From the IMG/VR virus record IMGVR_UViG_3300047317_000139: a stretch of DNA of 13,724 nt; one strand, 5' to 3'. The translations under genes and the position numbers were made by a program. This stretch comes from a virus (lineage: Duplodnaviria; Heunggongvirae; Uroviricota; Caudoviricetes). The notes under the pieces are model-generated. The model searched no databases. It had not been told where the DNA came from and worked only from the letters and a program-made list of their open reading frames with translations. Shown here one piece after another: positions 5,960 through 12,869 of this stretch; position 1 is the first letter of the stretch; the number at the start of each line of letters is the position of its first letter.

Positions 5960-6340
5960 CTACTTTTCGGGGTCTGTGGACGCTTCCGAGGGTGTTTCGT
6001 AGGGGTCTTCGACGTATGTAGCCCGGATCAGGGTCACCATGTCGCGATGTCCCACTCGGGCCTCATGTTCAGTGCTGTACCGGACACAGTCCAGATCCAG
6101 CAGTCCTTCGTGGTCTTCCTCACTCCGATCGGCGTTCCAGGCCGTAGTGGTGAAGACCATGGTCTCGAAGATGAGTGGCGGACCGCCTGGCATGAACTGG
6201 TGATCCAGGCCCAACCAGACCGTGGAGACCATGTACGGCCCCACCTGGTCCAGACCGACCCTGTGGTAGTCCTCATCCTCCTTCAACCGACCCCACTCCT
6301 CGGTGGAGATCGGCCTCCCCTCTTTGTCGAGCCAGTCCAT
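5960..6340 (-). CDS. Conserved phage hypothetical protein (VSTVWLGLDH...PPLIFETMVF...RYST motif), 126 aa
   Basis: Motif recognised from uncharacterised phage proteins; ATG 6340, or TTG 6346 overlapping the upstream stop. Confidence 0.8.
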   Translation of the reverse strand: MDWLDKEGRPISTEEWGRLKEDEDYHRVGLDQVGPYMVSTVWLGLDHQFMPGGPPLIFETMVFTTTAWNADRSEEDHEGLLDLDCVRYSTEHEARVGHRDMVTLIRATYVEDPYETPSEASTDPEK

Positions 6341-6342
6341 GG

Positions 6343-6597
6343 TCAACCAGGTACATCTCCTTCCTGAGCTAGCTGTTCGACCGCCAGGTTCACCAGCTGG
6401 ACCCCGAGGAGTAGCCGGATCGCCTGGTGGGTTCGGGACCACTCGTAGTGCAGAGCGGTCATCTCTTCATGCTCGTAGCGCCCCTCGCTCTCGTGGGGCA
6501 GCGGCGGTTCCTCTGCTTGATGCTCCCGGAGGTGCTGGAGCATCATCAGGGTCAGGTTGTTGAGCTCGATGATGTGAGTCCTGGTCACATCATTCAT
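6343..6597 (-). CDS. Hypothetical protein (84 aa)
   Basis: SD GGAGG before ATG 6597; overlaps the upstream stop. Confidence 0.7.
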   Translation of the reverse strand: MNDVTRTHIIELNNLTLMMLQHLREHQAEEPPLPHESEGRYEHEEMTALHYEWSRTHQAIRLLLGVQLVNLAVEQLAQEGDVPG

Positions 6598-6772
6598 CCT
6601 TCACCTCCCAGAACCCATCTCCGGGCTCTGCGCCGTCGACTCCGTGCACCGGGCAGGTCAGGTCTGCGATCCGTCGCTCTCCGATGTCGGTGAACTGGGG
6701 GCAGATGCAGCCTTCCGGGACGATGAAGCGCGGGTTCTCTTCGGTTTCTCCTGTGGTCGTTGCCACCACCAT
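6590..6772 (-). CDS. Cys-rich hypothetical protein (about 56-60 aa; start uncertain)
   Basis: CICP...CPVHG motif; possible starts ATG 6772, GTG 6769/6766, or the ACG at 6760. Confidence 0.6.
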   Translation of the reverse strand: MVVATTTGETEENPRFIVPEGCICPQFTDIGERRIADLTCPVHGVDGAEPGDGFWEVKDE

Positions 6773-6882
6773 CTCTCGCAGTTTGAGCACCAGTGGGAAC
6801 CATCGACGCCGTCGTGGTGTCCGGTGCATGTGTGGGTGTGCCCAGGCTGAGCCTGAGACTCCATGGTCTCCGTACATCTCAC
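6658..6882 (-). CDS. Small Cys/His-rich protein with low-complexity tail overlapping the next gene
   Basis: GTG 6882 in a GTGA overlap; HTHTC..HH....HWCSNC; the 33-aa tail after WWWQ looks like read-through. Confidence 0.55.
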   Translation of the reverse strand: MRCTETMESQAQPGHTHTCTGHHDGVDGSHWCSNCERWWWQRPQEKPKRTRASSSRKAASAPSSPTSESDGSQT

Positions 6883-7109
6883 GGCTTCCCTCTGGTCCAG
6901 TCATGGCAGTTTCCGCAGTAGCCCTCCCGGATGTCGTTCGGGTTGTAGGAGGTCATCCAGCACCGTGGACAGGTGATGGATCCCTTCTCTGCACGCTCGA
7001 TCGCTGCCTGCACACCAGGGTCTGGGTTGGCCCTGTTGATGTCGGCGTACGTGCCCTCGCCCAGCACCTCGTCAGTGACCTGACGAGCGATGTCGTAGAG
7101 GTCACCCAT
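6879..7109 (-). CDS. Zn-ribbon-like hypothetical protein (76 aa)
   Basis: ITCPRC..TSYNPNDIREGYCGNCHDW, two CxxC pairs, a pattern seen in actinophage small proteins. Confidence 0.8.
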   Translation of the reverse strand: MGDLYDIARQVTDEVLGEGTYADINRANPDPGVQAAIERAEKGSITCPRCWMTSYNPNDIREGYCGNCHDWTRGKP

Positions 7110-7350
7110 CTGGCTTCAACACCTCGATCTCCTCACGAACAGAGAAACGGAGCAGCCGCACTGGCTGCCCCGTCTCGTTGGCTACTCGTTGGGCCATGGG
7201 TCTCAGGTTCTCGACCCTGGTCATGTCAGCTCCGACCATCGGTATCCAGCCAGAATCAGCGAGGAACGCGATGACTCCTTCGGTGTTGTCCAAGGGATCG
7301 AGCTGGGTGAAGGCGTACATCTCGTCGATCCTGAGCTGTCCGCCGGCCAT
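7102..7350 (-). CDS. Conserved phage hypothetical protein (82 aa)
   Basis: TGATG overlap at the start; RI.E.YAF..D..EGV...W.P.V.AD..R...LRP.AQ pattern. Confidence 0.8.
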   Translation of the reverse strand: MAGGQLRIDEMYAFTQLDPLDNTEGVIAFLADSGWIPMVGADMTRVENLRPMAQRVANETGQPVRLLRFSVREEIEVLKPDG

Positions 7351-7622
7351 CAGATCACCATGAACCCTTGGTCGGTCATGACCCCGAACTCCTTGTCCTC
7401 GGAGTTGAAGATCGCCTTGATGTGCAGCAGCAGCTGCGCGATGGCTTCGGTGCTGTCCTCGAACCCGAACATCACGATGCCGCCCTGGTCCTCAGAGGAG
7501 AGACAGATGATCCCCTTCACATCGGCGTTCTCCGGGGTCTCAGTTACCTCCCGCATCTCGTTGGCCAGCTCGGTGAGCCGGTCGAACGGGATCGGGGCCT
7601 TGTGGAGGTCATGGATCGACAT
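7350..7622 (-). CDS. Hypothetical acidic protein (90 aa)
   Basis: TGATG overlaps at both ends. Confidence 0.75.
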   Translation of the reverse strand: MSIHDLHKAPIPFDRLTELANEMREVTETPENADVKGIICLSSEDQGGIVMFGFEDSTEAIAQLLLHIKAIFNSEDKEFGVMTDQGFMVI

Positions 7623-8104
7623 CAGAGGTCTCCCTTCCAGGGCCCGAGCAGCTCCTGGTGATCGAGGTAGTCCTTGTCGAACCCGACGTGCCAGGGGAAC
7701 CGATCGTTCATGTCTGGCCAGACCAACTGCAAGGCCTTGAAGTCACCCATCAGACGCCGGGTCATGGTCATCGGGTACTCGGTGTCCACCGGGTGAGCGA
7801 TCTCCACGAAGGCCACTCGGTGCTCTACCAGCACCTCGTTGAAGTACTCGCCGGCACGGAACCTCTCACCGTCCTCCATCCGTGCGAAGGCCGAGCTGAG
7901 TACTCCATGCATCTGTCGGTGGTCCATGCCCATGATCAGCAGCTCCGGCTGGTCGTGATGCGTGGAAAAGCCCACTGTGTAGTTGAACGGCAGACCGGGG
8001 TGTCCCTCGACCGGGAAGATGCTCATGTCCGACCAGCCGTGCTTCTCGATGTCCTCGATCACCTTCAGGTCCAGAGCGTCCATGCGCTCCTGGTACTGGC
8101 TCAC
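7622..8104 (-). CDS. DUF4262 domain-containing protein (160 aa)
   Basis: IEKHGW...P.F.YTVG...PEL...G....ALQLVWPD...FPW match the recalled DUF4262 signature; GTGA overlap and SD GAAAGG. Confidence 0.85.
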   Translation of the reverse strand: MSQYQERMDALDLKVIEDIEKHGWSDMSIFPVEGHPGLPFNYTVGFSTHHDQPELLIMGMDHRQMHGVLSSAFARMEDGERFRAGEYFNEVLVEHRVAFVEIAHPVDTEYPMTMTRRLMGDFKALQLVWPDMNDRFPWHVGFDKDYLDHQELLGPWKGDL

Positions 8105-8448
8105 TCGTCAGTTCCTTTCATGGTGTGGTCTTCCTTGCAGGTACCGCAGACGCCGAAGGCCAGCATGATCTGGACTCCCTCGACGGTGCGGGTGACATAT
8201 CCGCTGTAGAACTCGGTGTAGTTCGGCCTCTCAGCTTCGGGAGGGACGTACTTCCCGCAGTTGTCACAGGTCCGTTCCCAGCGCTCTATCTCTTCAGCCG
8301 GCATGTCCTCTTCGCCCTCGTCGAGCAGGCTCATGATGAAGTTCGTGCCTGCCTCCCGAGCGATGTCCAGAGCGCCTTTCTCAACCATGAACTCCACTCG
8401 CTGATCGACCTTGGCAGTGAGCCAGGGCATCTCTTCCTCGACGTTCAC
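8101..8448 (-). CDS. Hypothetical protein (115 aa) with two CxxC pairs
   Basis: GTG 8448 in a GTGA overlap with SD GAGG; CDNC and CGTC motifs. Confidence 0.75.
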   Translation of the reverse strand: MNVEEEMPWLTAKVDQRVEFMVEKGALDIAREAGTNFIMSLLDEGEEDMPAEEIERWERTCDNCGKYVPPEAERPNYTEFYSGYVTRTVEGVQIMLAFGVCGTCKEDHTMKGTDE

Positions 8449-8558
8449 TCGCCGGTTCCTCTCTGCTCGGAGCGGGTGATCTTCTCCATGACCTTGCCGC
8501 CGATGTGCCCCACCACCAGGAGAGTGGTGTGGACAGCGCGGTAGACCAGGGTCTTCAT
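8445..8558 (-). CDS. Microprotein (37 aa, MKTLVYRAVHTTLLVVGHIGGKVMEKITRSEQRGTGE)
   Basis: Exactly fills the gap with an ATGA overlap at the start and a GTGA overlap at the stop; below the ORF-track cutoff. Confidence 0.65.
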   Translation of the reverse strand: MKTLVYRAVHTTLLVVGHIGGKVMEKITRSEQRGTGE

Positions 8559-8905
8559 GACGACCCCTGGTAGGTCTGCAGCTTCGACAGCAGATCACCC
8601 GCGGTCGCTTCGGGCATCGAGTTCCGTTCCGCGCTCTCTACGGGCTGTAGAGCCAGCTGTAGAGCTTCGGTGACTGGCTGAGGTACCTCGAACTCGCTGA
8701 TGCCGAACTCCAGCTCGTCGACGTGGTACTCCAGTGCCGAGGCGATCTCCGAGATCGACATCCCCTCCTCGGGGTTGTGACCACAGTCCTCGTCGCAGTC
8801 CTCCAGCCAGTTGGCTTTCAGCTCGTCCCAGGCACGCTCCTCGCTGGGATGGAGGGACACGTAGATCTCGCAGTCGTAGTGCGTCCACAGCACCCAGGTC
8901 TTCAT
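8555..8905 (-). CDS. Strongly acidic hypothetical protein (116 aa)
   Basis: ATGA overlaps at both ends; 25 D/E vs 5 K/R by manual count. Confidence 0.75.
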   Translation of the reverse strand: MKTWVLWTHYDCEIYVSLHPSEERAWDELKANWLEDCDEDCGHNPEEGMSISEIASALEYHVDELEFGISEFEVPQPVTEALQLALQPVESAERNSMPEATAGDLLSKLQTYQGSS

Positions 8906-9231
8906 GACTTTCCCCGCTCGACTCGCTCATCCCAGTCCTTGCGGAACTCGATGTTCTCCTCCTTGGTGTTCGGGGTCGGTGGAGGACCCTCGTAGGTCAC
9001 GTAGGTGGTGAACCGCAGACCAGAGGCAGTGACGATGGTGAAGGACTGGATGGTCCCGTCCTCGTCGACGTTGTCCTCGATGTGGTCGATCTTGATCGGG
9101 AAGCTCTCGAACGCAGCAGCGCCTCGCCAACAGCCGAGGATCAGGTACTGCAGCGCGTAGTCCTCCATCGGGGTCTGTCCCTCTTCGGGTGGACCCATGT
9201 GAATGTGCTCGATCTCGTTCGTCGTTCTCAT
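8902..9231 (-). CDS. Hypothetical protein, first gene of the leftward array (start uncertain)
   Basis: In-frame ATGs at 9231, 9198 and 9168; the track start at 9294 lies inside a terminator hairpin. Confidence 0.65.
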   Translation of the reverse strand: MRTTNEIEHIHMGPPEEGQTPMEDYALQYLILGCWRGAAAFESFPIKIDHIEDNVDEDGTIQSFTIVTASGLRFTTYVTYEGPPPTPNTKEENIEFRKDWDERVERGKS

Positions 9232-9253
9232 CCCTTTCAGTGTCTGGACATGC

Positions 9254-9298
9254 AGAAACCCGGTGCCGGAGAGGGTATGAGCCTTCTCCGACACCGGG
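9254..9298 (-). terminator. Terminator-like hairpin in the leader of the leftward array
   Basis: cccggtgccggaga 9259-9272 / tctccgacaccggg 9285-9298; on the minus strand followed by TTTCTGC. Confidence 0.6.
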
Positions 9299-9374
9299 TC
9301 GTATCCCCTCCCCCGTACATGGGGTCCGGGAGAGGGTAGTGAGTCAGGGCACAGGTCCCTGAAGCACTACGTTC

Positions 9375-9404
9375 ATTGTATCACAGACACTACATAACGC
9401 ACAA
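9375..9404 (-). promoter_or_regulatory. Leftward sigmaA-like promoter with extended -10
   Basis: Minus strand TTGTGC-N18-TACAAT with TGn extension (TGATACAAT) in an AT-rich island. Confidence 0.7.
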
Positions 9405-9613
9405 GGGCCGGTCCTCGATCAGAGGAGCCGGCCTGCTCGGGAGTGTCGGTGCCTCTCAGTAGAGGACTTATCCGGGTGACTCCGGAAGATCGGGCTCCAC
9501 ACAGAAGGAGCTGGTCGATCTTCAGAGGTAACAACCTCATGTACATGATTATACGCTATACACGACATTCGCACAACCCTGTGACCTACCGTGAGACCAG
9601 GGGGTATGAGCCG

Positions 9614-9868
9614 ATGACCAGGATGAAAGACCGCAGCACTGGCGAGATCATGGTGATCATGATCGCCGGCACGGTGTGCGGGTCGGTAGTCGTAGGAATG
9701 CTCGGGATTCTCATCCTGGCCTGGAAGAACCCCAACTTCGACTTCGGTGGAGCTGCCAGAACGATCGCTGACCTACTCACCACCATGGTCGGTCTACTGG
9801 CCGGTTTCCTGGCTGGGAGAACAGACGTGGCGATGAAGAAGCAGCGGGACGAGAGCGATGGGACCTAG
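9614..9868 (+). CDS. Two-TM membrane protein (84 aa), holin-like candidate
   Basis: Two hydrophobic segments and a charged C-tail KKQRDESD; SD AGGGGG 9 nt before ATG 9614. Holin function is unproven. Confidence 0.7.
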   Translation: MTRMKDRSTGEIMVIMIAGTVCGSVVVGMLGILILAWKNPNFDFGGAARTIADLLTTMVGLLAGFLAGRTDVAMKKQRDESDGT

Positions 9869-10454
9869 AGGCTGGATCGGATACGGCTCCTCCGGAGCAC
9901 TGGCGGCATGTGCAGTAGCTCTGTCGGTGTTCGCTGGCTCTACCCCACCTGCACCAGCGAACTCACCGACTCCACCACCTCCTTCGTCATCTACATCCAG
10001 TACGGCACCGAGTAGTCCAGAACCGTCTCTGGTAGTGGGTCCTGTGGGTCCCAGAGGCCCTACTGGACCCCAGGGACCTGTGGGTCCCATAGGAGCCACT
10101 GGAGCCAACGGCACGGGCATCCCTGGTCTGACTGGACCAGCTGGTGCTCCTGGTACTACTGGCGGGGATGGTGCGCAAGGACCACCAGGAACAACAGGAG
10201 CACGAGGGCCCAGTGGACCGCCAGGTCCCGAGGGTGAGCGAGGTCGAAGAGGCCGGCGGGGTCCACAGGGTGATCCTGGTGTACCTGGTCTGGTAGGACC
10301 AACTGGCCCACCAGGAGAACCAGGTCCACCTGGACCGTCGACACCACCTGGTGCGTGTCCTCCTGGCTACACCTTCGAGACCGTGGCAGTACACCAGCGA
10401 CAGCCAGTCGATCGGGATCTGATCATCGACGTGTGCGTACAGGATGGTCAGTAG
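9858..10454 (+). CDS. Membrane-anchored collagen-like protein (198 aa)
   Basis: N-terminal hydrophobic anchor, Pro/Ser linker, 33 Gly-X-Y triplets, C-terminal CPPGY...C domain; start overlaps the upstream gene. Confidence 0.85.
   Translation: MGPRGWIGYGSSGALAACAVALSVFAGSTPPAPANSPTPPPPSSSTSSTAPSSPEPSLVVGPVGPRGPTGPQGPVGPIGATGANGTGIPGLTGPAGAPGTTGGDGAQGPPGTTGARGPSGPPGPEGERGRRGRRGPQGDPGVPGLVGPTGPPGEPGPPGPSTPPGACPPGYTFETVAVHQRQPVDRDLIIDVCVQDGQ
10038..10340 (+). repeat. Collagen Gly-X-Y repeat
   Basis: 8 triplets, one Gly-Thr interruption, then 25 triplets (aa 61-161). Confidence 0.9.
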
Positions 10455-10623
10455 AGGTGTATCTGGCGATCTGAGCTCGGGCTAGGTCCAGTCCATCCAG
10501 ACGGTGGTCGATCTTCGGTCTGTCCCCTGGTCTGACGATGTAGACGGGACCTGATCGAGCAGCCCATCGCTTCTCTTGGGAGTCTCGCTTCTTCTTCCTG
10601 GCTCTGCGAGCACCTCTACTCAT
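10423..10623 (-). CDS. Possible small basic protein (66 aa, [27 protein letters not shown]...)
   Basis: AAGGAG 4 nt before ATG 10623; convergent 32-nt overlap with the collagen gene. Confidence 0.4.
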   Translation of the reverse strand: MSRGARRARKKKRDSQEKRWAARSGPVYIVRPGDRPKIDHRLDGLDLARAQIARYTSTDHPVRTRR

Positions 10624-10915
10624 CGGGCTCCTTCGGAGCCATGGCGCTTCGCACTGTGTCTCTCCCCCCCTCCCCCCACGATGTTGGGGGGATGCTCTCG
10701 AACCGCCGGGGACCTTTCCGGCACAGGGTCGCAACCGCCTCTGACGCGGGTTGCTCCGGTTGACCTTCCGGGTCCTGATCGGCTTCACGCCGCCGCGGCG
10801 TTGCGTGATCGTGTCCAGTTGATGACTGGAGACGACAGGCGATGACAGATACCATCAACCTGCGATCTTCAGACAGTCGCACGCTAGACCCGCCCTGAGA
10901 CTCGGGTCAAGCGAC

Positions 10916-10962
10916 AGAGGCCCCCGCTTGCTGTGGTAGCTCCCGGGGGCCTCTTCATGCCC
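10916..10962 (+). terminator. Terminator-like hairpin with TCATGCCC tail
   Basis: agaggcccccg 10916-10926 / cgggggcctct 10944-10954 (perfect 11 bp), then TCATGCCC. Confidence 0.55.
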
Positions 10963-10971
10963 GGGGGAGAC

Positions 10972-11136
10972 ATGAAACGACCGCCATGGTGGTACTGGCT
11001 GCAGCTGCGTGACCTGCTCCCGGTGCTGCTCGCTCTGATCATCGTGATCGGGTTCGGGATGGCTGTGACGGTGTTCGGAGCCCACCTCCTGGTGGCTGTG
11101 ATGTCCCACATCCGAGACGCCTGGAACAAGCCGTGA
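10972..11136 (+). CDS. Small membrane protein (54 aa)
   Basis: SD GGGGGAG before ATG 10972; long hydrophobic segment. Confidence 0.7.
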   Translation: MKRPPWWYWLQLRDLLPVLLALIIVIGFGMAVTVFGAHLLVAVMSHIRDAWNKP

Positions 11137-11179
11137 CCCGGCCCTACCGTCACCTGTCGAACAGGAGTACGGTCGCCAG

Positions 11180-11506
11180 ATGCCAACGGTCTGGATGCGT
11201 CGTGATCCGAAGCACCGGACCAGGTTCCACCGGTCTCCTGACTGTCGTCAGCTGACCAAGGGACCGGCCCGGGGTGATGGTCACGAGCTGATTGCCGTGG
11301 ACCTGGAAGACGTGCTCGTGAGGCCCTGCCACTCGTGCTACCCCGATGCCCCTCAGATCAAGATGCGGCACCCGTACTGCTACTCCTGTCGGTCGCCGTA
11401 CCCCTGTGAGCACAACGGCGGGGTCAAGGTGACCAGCCGGCACGGACACACCCGATGGGTGTGGCCTGACACGAACCAGATGCCTCTCTACCGCAGATCA
11501 GCGTAG
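11180..11506 (+). CDS. Cys/His metal-binding hypothetical protein (108 aa)
   Basis: SD AGGAG; FHRSPDC...PCHSC and YCYSC...PCEH motifs. Confidence 0.75.
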   Translation: MPTVWMRRDPKHRTRFHRSPDCRQLTKGPARGDGHELIAVDLEDVLVRPCHSCYPDAPQIKMRHPYCYSCRSPYPCEHNGGVKVTSRHGHTRWVWPDTNQMPLYRRSA

Positions 11507-11514
11507 ACAGGTCA

Positions 11515-11546
11515 TTGCATCCATCACACACACTGCATAGTGTGTG
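11515..11546 (+). promoter_or_regulatory. Rightward promoter for the helicase-primase unit with overlapping palindrome
   Basis: TTGCAT 11515-11520, N17, TAGTGT 11538-11543; cacacact-gcat-agtgtgtg 11527-11546. Confidence 0.65.
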
Positions 11547-11573
11547 GCACACGCATCTGACAGGAGCTACCAC

Positions 11574-12869
11574 GTGCCACTCTCCGCCGAAGGTCTGCTG
11601 ATCTCCGCTCTGTTGAACACCGAGTCGGTCGGCGAGGAGGTGAAGTACGGGATCGGCGCTGGGCTCTTCGAGGGGTACTCGGACGAGTACAACTGGATCA
11701 CCAACTACGTGGAGACGTACGGGTGCCAGCCGACCCGGGACATCTTCAGTCACAAGTTCCCGGGGTTCGCGTTCTCCGACCACGCCGACGTCAGATCGGC
11801 CGCGGACATGGTGCACTCCCAGGCGAACAAGCGCCGGATCACCATCGCGATCACCGAGTCCATGGAGCTGATGCACCTAGGCGAGACCGAGCAGGCCCAC
11901 CAGCTCCTGGTGAACGCTGCTCCACGTCGGGCGGTGGTGAAGCCGAAGCCGCTGCTGGTCGATGAGACACACCTGGACAACTGGGATCACCGTCCGTACA
12001 CGGTGGAGGTGCCCTACGCGACGCTCCAGCGGCACACAGGAGGCCTGCGGGCCGGGAACCTGTGGTACCTGGCAGCCAGGCCGGGACAGGGGAAGAGCGC
12101 CCACCTGTCGTCCATCAGCAAGCACGCCGTACTGGCCGGAAACCGGGTCCTGTTCTACTCCTTGGAGATGTCCGAGGACGAGGTCAGGGCCCGTTTCCAT
12201 GCCTCCCTGGCGACTGAGATGGGCTACCCCTCGATCACGTTGAGCAACCTCCGCGCCTGGAACGTGGACCGTGCTGCGTACCGGAGGTTCCACGGTGAGC
12301 TCGCCGAGCGCCTGCAGGCCTGCGGCGGCTCTCTGGACATACACACGCCGGCGGACGGACCGGTGTCACCTGCAGTGGTGGCTGCTCGCTGCGGCGAGTA
12401 CCACCTGACCAACATCGACTACGTGGGGCTGATGTCCCAGGACGGGGGCGGGCGAGCGATCGACGACTGGCGAGTGATGGCCTCCATCAGCAACTCCCTG
12501 AAGTACACCGCTCTGTCCCAGAAGACGGCGATCCTGTGCGCCGCCCAGATCAACCGGGACGGGGAGACCGGGCACGCACCACCCAAGGTGAAGAACCTGG
12601 CCCAGTCCGACGCCCTCGGGCAGGACGGGGATGTGGTGCTCACGATGCGTGCGAAGCCGCACGACGTGGCCACCCACTTCTCCATCGAGAAGAACCGGCA
12701 CGGGCCCAGCGGCATCGGGTTCTACACCACCTTCGACCCGAACACCGGCACCTACACCGAGATCTCTGGCGACCACGCCGAGGACCTGGTGATCAACGCC
12801 GAGGCTCTGGCCGACACCTCCACACCGCCACCTGCGCTGCGGGTGATCAAGAGCAAGGACAAGTTGTGA
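11574..12869 (+). CDS. dnaB: DnaB-like replicative helicase (SF4), 431 aa
   Basis: Walker A AARPGQGKS, FYSLEM, Walker B IDYVGLM, AQINR, SDALGQDGDVV, EKNRHG; SD CAGGAG before GTG 11574. Confidence 0.95.
   Translation: MPLSAEGLLISALLNTESVGEEVKYGIGAGLFEGYSDEYNWITNYVETYGCQPTRDIFSHKFPGFAFSDHADVRSAADMVHSQANKRRITIAITESMELMHLGETEQAHQLLVNAAPRRAVVKPKPLLVDETHLDNWDHRPYTVEVPYATLQRHTGGLRAGNLWYLAARPGQGKSAHLSSISKHAVLAGNRVLFYSLEMSEDEVRARFHASLATEMGYPSITLSNLRAWNVDRAAYRRFHGELAERLQACGGSLDIHTPADGPVSPAVVAARCGEYHLTNIDYVGLMSQDGGGRAIDDWRVMASISNSLKYTALSQKTAILCAAQINRDGETGHAPPKVKNLAQSDALGQDGDVVLTMRAKPHDVATHFSIEKNRHGPSGIGFYTTFDPNTGTYTEISGDHAEDLVINAEALADTSTPPPALRVIKSKDKL

Noticed and set aside
392-9339. Many long plus-strand ORFs (e.g. 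392..1123, 1839..2477, 3496..4287, 6684..7274, 7658..8209)
   Set aside because: Antisense shadows of the coupled minus-strand genes; expected in high-GC DNA; no SD or motifs.
9443-9613. Longer start for the 2-TM gene (GTG 9443); likewise 11544 for the helicase and 9294 for 8902..
   Set aside because: Extensions run through promoter or hairpin sequence and lack SDs; downstream starts fit better.
9794-10394. Minus-strand ORFs with GP repeats (9794..10120 etc.)
   Set aside because: Mirror of the collagen repeat on the opposite strand.
448-10852. CAGATA(C/G) recurring in intergenic regions (about 449, 4671, 5833, 10846)
   Set aside because: Only 7 nt with no fixed spacing to starts or promoters; cannot be separated from chance without statistics.
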